From an uncultured Chloroflexia bacterium (GTDB lineage Bacteria > Chloroflexota > Limnocylindria > Limnocylindrales > CSP1-4), in contig CAWEWE010000004.1 of assembly GCA_963812745.1 (NCBI GenBank), forward strand, positions 188,760 to 252,759: 64,000 bases of DNA. Direction: 5' to 3'. The translations under genes and the position numbers were made by a program. Shown in pieces: positions 58,027 through 64,000 of the stretch (the stretch's first letter is position 1; each line of letters starts with the position of its first letter). The notes under the pieces are model-generated. The model saw nothing but the letters and a program-made list of their open reading frames with translations, was not told the DNA's origin and did not search any database.

Positions 58027-59322
58027 TCAGCCGAGGAGAGGAACGGCACAGGCGAAAGCGGTCGACCCCGCCGCCCGGGCCGCCTGCGCGACCGCCGAGC
58101 CGTCGGTCGAGCGCTTGGCGCTCGGCTCCTGGACCACGAGGGCGGTCACCATCCCGAACATGCCGTCGGGACCCTCGGCGTGCTGCAGGATGTGGCAGTG
58201 GAATGCCCATGCGCCGGGCTCCTCGCAGCGGATGACCACGTCCCAGCGCTCTCCCGGGTTGACACCGAGGGTGTCGCATGTGAATGCCGCCGGCCCGAGG
58301 GGGTACCCGTCACGCGCCACGACCCGCATCGGCATCCCGTGGAGATGCCACGGATGCATCATGTTGCCCTCGTTCATGAAGCGGATCACGATCGTCTCCC
58401 CGAGCGTCGCGACGATCGGAGACGTCGCCGGGAAGCCGCGACCGTTGATCGTGAAGCCGCCCAAGGCATCATTCGAGATCCACACGATGTCTTGCGTCGC
58501 GCCGTACAGCTTGTCGTAGCGCTGCTCGGTGTCCCGCGGCTCCACGATGAACGCCCCAAGCAGCCCACGGCCGACCTGGTCCGTGGCGTTGTGGTGGCTG
58601 TGGTACATGTGCGACCCGGGCGTCCGCGCCGTGAACTCGTAGGTGAACGACTCCCCGGGCTTGATCGGGTCCTGGGTGACGTGCGGGACGCCATCCATGT
58701 TGTTCGGCAGCCGCTGCCCATGGAAGTGGACACCGGTCGTCTCCTGCATGTTGTTGGTGAACGTCGCACGAATGCGGTCACCCTCGACGACGGTCAGACG
58801 GGGTCCAGGCCAGGTCCGGTCGAAGCCGAGCCCTGGGACGGAGTCCTTCATCGCGTCGATCCGGTGGTCGACCTCGTCGATCGTCAGCTCGAAGACCTTG
58901 ACCCCGTCGACCACACGCGGTTCCAGCGGAACATTGCCATGGTTGGGCATCGACGCCCCCTCACCCTCGAGAAAACGCTTGACGACCGCCAGTGCGTTGG
59001 CGTCGTGATCCACGGCCGAGGGGCTCGCAGAAGCTGATGGTGCCGGGCTGTGGCTCATCGTCGGAGCGGCAGGCGCCGATGGGGACCCGGTCGGGGCCGA
59101 TGGACTGGCCGCCGATCCATACATCGAGCCGGGTGGGTACCGGTAGCCCGGAGCTCCGACGACCGGGGCACAGGCGGCGACGCCGGCGGCGACGAGGCCG
59201 CCTCCTGCGGCACGGAGCAGCGCGCGCCGGCTGAGCGCGTCACGGGCGGGCGACGGCGGTTCCCGGTAAGTCGGCGGACCTGCGCCGTCCGCAGGGCGAG
59301 TCAACGTATCCATGACGCCCAT
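58027..59322 (-). CDS. Multicopper oxidase (small laccase-like), Tat-secreted
   Basis: Tat motif SRRALLRAAGGG. Copper motifs HFHG, HSHH, HPWHLHG and HCHILQHAEGPDGMFGM. Confidence 0.8.
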   Translation of the reverse strand: MGVMDTLTRPADGAGPPTYREPPSPARDALSRRALLRAAGGGLVAAGVAACAPVVGAPGYRYPPGSMYGSAASPSAPTGSPSAPAAPTMSHSPAPSASASPSAVDHDANALAVVKRFLEGEGASMPNHGNVPLEPRVVDGVKVFELTIDEVDHRIDAMKDSVPGLGFDRTWPGPRLTVVEGDRIRATFTNNMQETTGVHFHGQRLPNNMDGVPHVTQDPIKPGESFTYEFTARTPGSHMYHSHHNATDQVGRGLLGAFIVEPRDTEQRYDKLYGATQDIVWISNDALGGFTINGRGFPATSPIVATLGETIVIRFMNEGNMMHPWHLHGMPMRVVARDGYPLGPAAFTCDTLGVNPGERWDVVIRCEEPGAWAFHCHILQHAEGPDGMFGMVTALVVQEPSAKRSTDGSAVAQAARAAGSTAFACAVPLLG

Positions 59323-59395
59323 CTTCCCGGGGACGTGCGCGGCGAAGAAGGGACCTCCGGCCCGTCGCGCCGGGCCGATCGGCCCGGTCCGGGCG

Positions 59396-59803
59396 TCAGG
59401 TTCCGAGTGCGTAGGGCGACCAGCGGGACATGAACACGATGGCGAGGAAGCCGACGTCGATCAGCAGCCCAAGCACCAACCAGGGATGGAAGAAGAGCAG
59501 CAGGAGGGCGATCGACGAGCCGGCTCCGGCAGCCACTGCGGCGGGCCACAGGGCCGCCGGTGCGAGGCCGAGGACACAGGCCGCGGCGAGCGTGAACGCG
59601 GCAAGGGTCGCTACCACCAACACCGTTCCGACCGTGCGGGTCAGATCCGATCCGGAACCGATCAGGGAGAGGATCCCCGAACGGCCGAGCGTAAAGGGCC
59701 AGGCGGGCCCGTCAGCAGTCGCTTGGGGACGGGGCGCAAGATAGCTGACATGGATCGCGCCGTGCGCGAACACGAATGCAGCGAGGAGCACTTTCAGCAG
59801 CAC
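59396..59803 (-). CDS. Hypothetical membrane protein (4 predicted TM helices)
   Basis: A hydrophobic 135-aa ORF with genome-typical codon bias. Confidence 0.45.
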   Translation of the reverse strand: MLLKVLLAAFVFAHGAIHVSYLAPRPQATADGPAWPFTLGRSGILSLIGSGSDLTRTVGTVLVVATLAAFTLAAACVLGLAPAALWPAAVAAGAGSSIALLLLFFHPWLVLGLLIDVGFLAIVFMSRWSPYALGT

Positions 59804-59878
59804 GGCAGGACGCCTCCGAAGTGGGTCACGATCCGAGCCTACTCACGGGCCGCGCCGGGGACCCAGAGCCGGATGGCC

Positions 59879-61189
59879 TCAGGTCGCGCTCCGAACGGCC
59901 CCCGCCAGCGCCGCGCTCGGTCGGTCGCTCCGCACCGCCGCGCGGAGCTCGTCACGGAAGTCGGGGTGGGCGATGGCGATCAGGGCCTTCGCGCGCTCGT
60001 CGAGGCTCTTGCCGAACAGCTCAGCGACTCCGTACTCGGTCACGACCGTACGGACGTGCGCCCGGGTCGTGACGACGCCGGCGCCCGGCTGCAGCGTCGC
60101 GGCGATCCGTGACACGGTCCCGCCCGCGGCGGTCGACGGCAGCGCGATGATCGCTCGTCCCTCCGGCGCGAGTGCCGCGCCACGGATGAAGTCCATCTGC
60201 CCGCCGACGCCCGAATACATCCGTCGGCCGACGGAATCGGCCACGACCTGGCCGGTGAGGTCGACCTCGATGGCGGAGTTGATGGCGACCATCCGCCGAA
60301 AGCCCCGGATCACAGCCGAGTCGTTGGTGAAGTCGACGGGTCGCATCTCGACCATCGGGTTGTCGTGCATGAAGTCGTACAGCCGCTTCGTGCCCAGCAC
60401 GAACGCGGTAACGATCTTGCCCCGGTTGCGCTCCTTGGCGTTCCCGGTGATGGCGCCCGCCTCGACCAGGTCGACGACCGAGTCGGTGAACATCTCGGTA
60501 TGGATGCCGAGGTCGCGCTTGTCACGCAGGAACAGAGCCGTCGCGGCCGGGATCGCCCCGATGCCGAGCTGGATCGTCGCCTCGTCGGGAATGAGATCGG
60601 CGACGTACGCGCCGATGCGGCGCTCGACCTCGCCGATCGGCCCGATCGGGTGCTCGTACGGCGACACATCGACATCGACCGCAAGGTCGATCTCATCGAC
60701 GTGGATGAAGCTGTCGCCAAGCGTCCGCGGCATGGCGCGGTTGAACTGGACGATGACGGTCTGCCCGGCGCGCATCGCCGCGTGGATCGCTTCAACGGAC
60801 GTGCCCAGCGAGCAGAAACCGTGGCGATCCGGGGGCGTGGCGTTGATCAGAACGGCATCAAGAGGAAGGGCACCGGACGTGAACAGATGTGGGACGTCCG
60901 ACAGGAACACCGGGACGTAGTCGGCGCGGTCTTCCTCGACGGCCCTTCGCGCGTTGGGGCCGATGAACAGCGCCCGGTGCCGGAAGTGGCGGGCCATTTC
61001 AGGCGCGAGGTGAGGCCCCGGCCCCTCGATGTGGAGATGAACGACGCTGATGTCCGTGAGGTCTTCGGCCGTGGCGCGGTCGACCAGGGCGTCGAGCAGG
61101 ACCGATGGGGCGGCCGCGGCGCAATGGACGTACACCTGCTGCCCACTATCGATGGCCGAGACAGCTTCAGCCGATGTGACGATCCGCAT
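59879..61189 (-). CDS. Acetyl-CoA hydrolase/transferase family protein (4-hydroxybutyrate / succinyl-CoA:acetate CoA-transferase-like)
   Basis: Characteristic ...GIGAIPAATALFL...HTEMFTDSVVDLVEAGAITG...YSGVGGQMDF. Confidence 0.75.
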   Translation of the reverse strand: MRIVTSAEAVSAIDSGQQVYVHCAAAAPSVLLDALVDRATAEDLTDISVVHLHIEGPGPHLAPEMARHFRHRALFIGPNARRAVEEDRADYVPVFLSDVPHLFTSGALPLDAVLINATPPDRHGFCSLGTSVEAIHAAMRAGQTVIVQFNRAMPRTLGDSFIHVDEIDLAVDVDVSPYEHPIGPIGEVERRIGAYVADLIPDEATIQLGIGAIPAATALFLRDKRDLGIHTEMFTDSVVDLVEAGAITGNAKERNRGKIVTAFVLGTKRLYDFMHDNPMVEMRPVDFTNDSAVIRGFRRMVAINSAIEVDLTGQVVADSVGRRMYSGVGGQMDFIRGAALAPEGRAIIALPSTAAGGTVSRIAATLQPGAGVVTTRAHVRTVVTEYGVAELFGKSLDERAKALIAIAHPDFRDELRAAVRSDRPSAALAGAVRSAT

Positions 61190-61255
61190 CGCGTGACTCT
61201 ACTCGGGGATGACGGGCCAGGGCGGGATACGCGACCCTGGCCCGTCCCCGGCTGC

Positions 61256-61762
61256 TCAGGAAACCCCGTCCTGGGCAGCCGTCGCGAGCGCAGCGCCCCA
61301 CTGCCGGGCTCGCTCGAGTTCGCCGTCCTTGAGTGGGCCGTACTTGCCGGTGACGAGGAACTTCTGACCTTTGGAAAGCAGTCGATAGCCGGCGCGCTCG
61401 AGTTCGTGGGTGATCGTCCCGATCGACCCGCCAGGTGAGAATTCGAATCTCGTCTCGAAGGCGGCGACGCGCGCCTTGCCCGCCGGAACGGCGTCAAGCC
61501 ACGACCGCATCGATCGGTGGCTCGTGTCCGCCGGCGTAGGGGCACCATACTCACGAAGCAGCCCCGCCCGAATGTCGTCGGTCGGGAGGCGGAACCCCAA
61601 GACCGGCGCGCCGACGATCACTAGATCCGCGCTCGACATGACGTCCGGGCTGGCTTCGTCGGTCGTGATCGCCGACGCGTCCGGACCGATCCCCTCGGCG
61701 ATGGCGCGGGCGACCGCTGCGGTGTTACCCCAAAAGGACTCATAGACGACGACTGCGTGCAT
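61256..61762 (-). CDS. Flavodoxin-domain protein
   Basis: MHAVVVYESFWGNTAAVARAIAEG...DLVIVGAPV. The start at 61762 is preferred over the longer track ORF. Confidence 0.6.
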   Translation of the reverse strand: MHAVVVYESFWGNTAAVARAIAEGIGPDASAITTDEASPDVMSSADLVIVGAPVLGFRLPTDDIRAGLLREYGAPTPADTSHRSMRSWLDAVPAGKARVAAFETRFEFSPGGSIGTITHELERAGYRLLSKGQKFLVTGKYGPLKDGELERARQWGAALATAAQDGVS

Positions 61763-61909
61763 GTTGTGGTACCTCCGTCGGCTCGATCGTGCGACACCGC
61801 GGGTCGACGCGGCAGGGCCAAACGGCCTGCACGATGCGGGCCACCCGCACATGAAACGACCCGCCGGCGCGATGCCGACGGGTCGTCTGCCGGTCAGCCT
61901 GACCGAAGG

Positions 61910-62227
61910 TCAAGCGGACATCGGCCGATGGGCGGTATACGTGCCACCCGTGGCATACCGAGTGACGAGCTCGACGATCCCGCCAAGGACCACGCCACCA
62001 ACGAGCGCGGGAACGAGCGCGAGCCCATCCCACACTGGGGCGAATGCCTGCAGGCCGACGATGAACTCGCTCGCGATGATCGCGCCGAAGGCGGCAGCGA
62101 TCCCGTCGACGATCCACTCGTAGCCGGTGTTGGCTTCACCGATGAACTGGGCGACGACGCCGAAGACGACTGCTCCGACGATCAGCAGGAGCCACCCGCC
62201 GAGACCGAGAGTGATGGCGAGCTCCAC
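61910..62227 (-). CDS. GlsB/YeaQ/YmgE family stress-response membrane protein (paralogue)
   Basis: Gly-rich small membrane protein whose C-terminus ...TYTAHRPMSA parallels ...SPFHRRPMSA of the 38594..38914 copy. Confidence 0.55.
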   Translation of the reverse strand: MELAITLGLGGWLLLIVGAVVFGVVAQFIGEANTGYEWIVDGIAAAFGAIIASEFIVGLQAFAPVWDGLALVPALVGGVVLGGIVELVTRYATGGTYTAHRPMSA

Positions 62228-62295
62228 CTGACTACCTCCTTTCTCGACGCCAGGTCGGCGCCTCGGTAGTCATCGTCGCTCGTCGTGGTCGACGC

Positions 62296-62317
62296 TCCCA
62301 GTGCCAGGCGACTGGGA
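62296..62317. promoter_or_regulatory. Inverted repeat TCCCAGT-N8-ACTGGGA upstream of the GlsB-like gene and downstream of the response-regulator gene
   Basis: Seen in sequence. Perfect 7-bp arms. The right arm contains GGGAC. Confidence 0.25.
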
Positions 62318-62402
62318 CACGGAAGGCATTCGGACCTATCGCTCGGTCCACCGAACGCTCCGCAGGGGCCGAATCGCCCGGAGGATTAGTCGATCGGACC
62401 TG

Positions 62403-63089
62403 TCAGGTCGGGTGTTCGGAGCGGTGCTTCGCGACGAAAGCAGCCGCTTGGGCGCGTCGTTCGAGGTTGAGCTTCGATAGGATCGAGCTGACGTAGTTCT
62501 TGACGGTCTTGTCCGAGAGGAAGACCTGGGCGGCGATCTCCTTGTTGGTCATTCCTTCGGCTACCAGCGCCAGGATCTTCTGCTCCTGGGAGGTCAGCTG
62601 CGAAAGCTCATCTTGATAGGTTCCGGACGCGATCCGGCGGACGCGCTCGAGGACTTTCTCAGTTACCGCCGGATCGAGGAGCGACTCGCCGCGCCCGACC
62701 GACTCGAGCGCGGCGACCAGGTCGCGCGCCCGGACCTGCTTCAGGAGGTAGCCGGAGGCTCCCGCGACGATCGCCGAGAGGACTGCGTCATCGTCCGGAT
62801 ACGACGTCAGCATCACGATGCGGGTCTCGGGGAACTCGGCCCGGATCTCGCGACACGCCTCGATGCCGGAGCCATCCGGGAGCCGGACGTCCATGACGAC
62901 GATGTCCGGCCGGAAGCGGCGGGCAGCCTCGATCGATTCAGCGACGGTGCCGGCCTCCGCTACGACCTGAAAACCAGGGCGACGGTCGAGGAGCGCGACG
63001 AGCCCCTGACGGACGACTTCGTGGTCGTCGACGACTAGCAGTCGAAGTTGCCTGGCCGGCGCTGTCTCGCCTGCAGTTGCGTCAGTCAC
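62403..63089 (-). CDS. NarL/LuxR-family response regulator (DosR/DevR-like)
   Basis: Receiver LRLLVVDDHEVVRQGL...DIVVMDVRLPDGSG. C-terminal LuxR HTH LTSQEQKILALVAEGMTNKEIAAQVFLSDKTVKNYVSSILSKL. Confidence 0.85.
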   Translation of the reverse strand: MTDATAGETAPARQLRLLVVDDHEVVRQGLVALLDRRPGFQVVAEAGTVAESIEAARRFRPDIVVMDVRLPDGSGIEACREIRAEFPETRIVMLTSYPDDDAVLSAIVAGASGYLLKQVRARDLVAALESVGRGESLLDPAVTEKVLERVRRIASGTYQDELSQLTSQEQKILALVAEGMTNKEIAAQVFLSDKTVKNYVSSILSKLNLERRAQAAAFVAKHRSEHPT

Positions 63090-64000
63090 CGAGTCGCCTC
63101 TTCCTTGTCGGTGGGCCGATCGGCCGTTGATGCGCCGATGGGCACGCGGACGATGATAGTCGTCCCGTTGCGGCCGCTCTCGACCTCGAGTGTCCCGCCC
63201 AGCCGGCCCGCGCGGTCGCGCATGTTGGCGAGCCCGAGATGGCCACCGGGAGTCGCTGCTCGGCTATCGAAGCCCTTCCCGTCGTCCACCAGCTCCAAGC
63301 GCACCTGGTCCGCATCACACCGGAGCAGGACGCGCGCATTGGTCGCGTTCGCGTGGCGCGCGGTATTGGACAGTGCCTCACGCGCGATCTGCAGCAACTC
63401 GCCCCTCGCGTGGGCCGGCATATCGATCCGCTCGGCGGGTACCTCGAGGTCTACATCAATCACGTGGTTCTGCCGGATCTGCTCGGCGAGCGCGGCCAGC
63501 AGGCCGCCGAAATCGGTCGTATCGACGAGTTCCGGCCGGAGACCCACCACGAACTGGCGGAGATCGGCGATGGCGCCGTTGAGGGTGTCGATGGCGCGGT
63601 CAACACGATGGAATGCCTCCGCGCTGTCCGTCTCCATCAGGTCTGGGACGTCCTCGAGGGATAGGGAGATCGCATAGAGCGTCTGGATGATCCCGTCGTG
63701 GAGGTCCTTGCCGATCCGCTCGCGCTCGTCGATCACGGCAAGGTGCTGGACCGCTTCGTGGAGGCGGGCGTTCTCGATCGCGATGGCGGCATGCAGAGCG
63801 AACAGCTCGACCAGGCGCTGATCGTCTTCTGTGAACCCCTCCTCCGAGGCCTTGTCGGTCAGGTACAGGTTCCCGATGGTCCGGTTCTTCAGGCGCACCG
63901 GGACACCGAGAAGAGACGACATCGGGGGATGGTTCACGGGAAAGCCATGACTGGCTGGATGTGCCGCGATTTCCGGGATCCGGAGCGAGCGACCCTCGGT
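63086..64000 (-). CDS. GAF-domain sensor histidine kinase (HisKA_3 / DosS-like), N-terminus beyond window end
   Basis: H-box ERERIGKDLHDGIIQTLYAISL. HATPase motifs ...EALSNTARHANAT... and DDGKGF...GHLGLANMRDRA. A GAF-like segment LLGVPVRLKNRTIGNLYLTDK lies at the window edge. It overlaps the regulator start by 4 nt. Confidence 0.8.
   Translation of the reverse strand, partial: TEGRSLRIPEIAAHPASHGFPVNHPPMSSLLGVPVRLKNRTIGNLYLTDKASEEGFTEDDQRLVELFALHAAIAIENARLHEAVQHLAVIDERERIGKDLHDGIIQTLYAISLSLEDVPDLMETDSAEAFHRVDRAIDTLNGAIADLRQFVVGLRPELVDTTDFGGLLAALAEQIRQNHVIDVDLEVPAERIDMPAHARGELLQIAREALSNTARHANATNARVLLRCDADQVRLELVDDGKGFDSRAATPGGHLGLANMRDRAGRLGGTLEVESGRNGTTIIVRVPIGASTADRPTDKEEATR

Overview
This 64 kb window is very GC-rich (about 70%) and densely coding, consistent with an actinobacterial-type chromosome and no obvious mobile DNA. 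The ORF track omits genes that run off the window edges, and several of its long ORFs are antisense shadows of the real genes.

Content, 5' to 3':
- 1-1663: a partial secreted/polytopic membrane protein with a Pro/Thr/Lys-rich repeat linker.
- 2286-4810: an ECF sigma factor with a huge anti-sigma-like membrane partner.
- 4780-7954: a pyrR-pyrB-pyrC operon on the minus strand with a candidate PyrR RNA hairpin.
- 8011-8937: an RlpA-like protein and an ABM monooxygenase.
- 9011-11322: a second ECF sigma with a ZAS-type anti-sigma.
- 11522-13259: a galT-like gene and lipB.
- 13806-17630: a truncated haemoglobin, a PAS-GGDEF cyclase, a cupin plus class II aldolase pair, and an HtrA-like protease behind a perfect 23-bp palindrome.
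- 17741-24579: a conserved seven-gene envelope cluster (membrane protein, DUF4129-like, DUF4350-like, MoxR AAA+ ATPase, DUF58, SpoIIM-like, RDD).
- 24626-25181: tRNA-Gly(CCC), followed by two tiny membrane-protein genes.
- 26.4-64 kb: a long stretch that looks like a hypoxia/anaerobic-metabolism island.

The island holds four universal stress proteins, two flavodoxins, phosphoketolase with acetate kinase, a P-type ATPase, and two cupins flanked by unusually long low-GC non-coding spacers. It also holds a group-3-type cytoplasmic [NiFe]-hydrogenase operon with a fused beta/gamma diaphorase subunit, small and large subunits and an endopeptidase, preceded by a cNMP-binding protein. A pyruvate:ferredoxin oxidoreductase is split into alpha/gamma and delta/beta genes with a CBS-domain gene inserted between them, followed by hypC. 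After that come an EamA transporter, malic enzyme, a cupredoxin lipoprotein, a VIT-family transporter, a frameshifted alpha/beta hydrolase, a cupredoxin-fused copper nitrite reductase, a multicopper oxidase, a CoA-transferase, and a DosR/DosS-like two-component pair that runs off the 3' end.

No CRISPR array, rRNA or transposase was seen.
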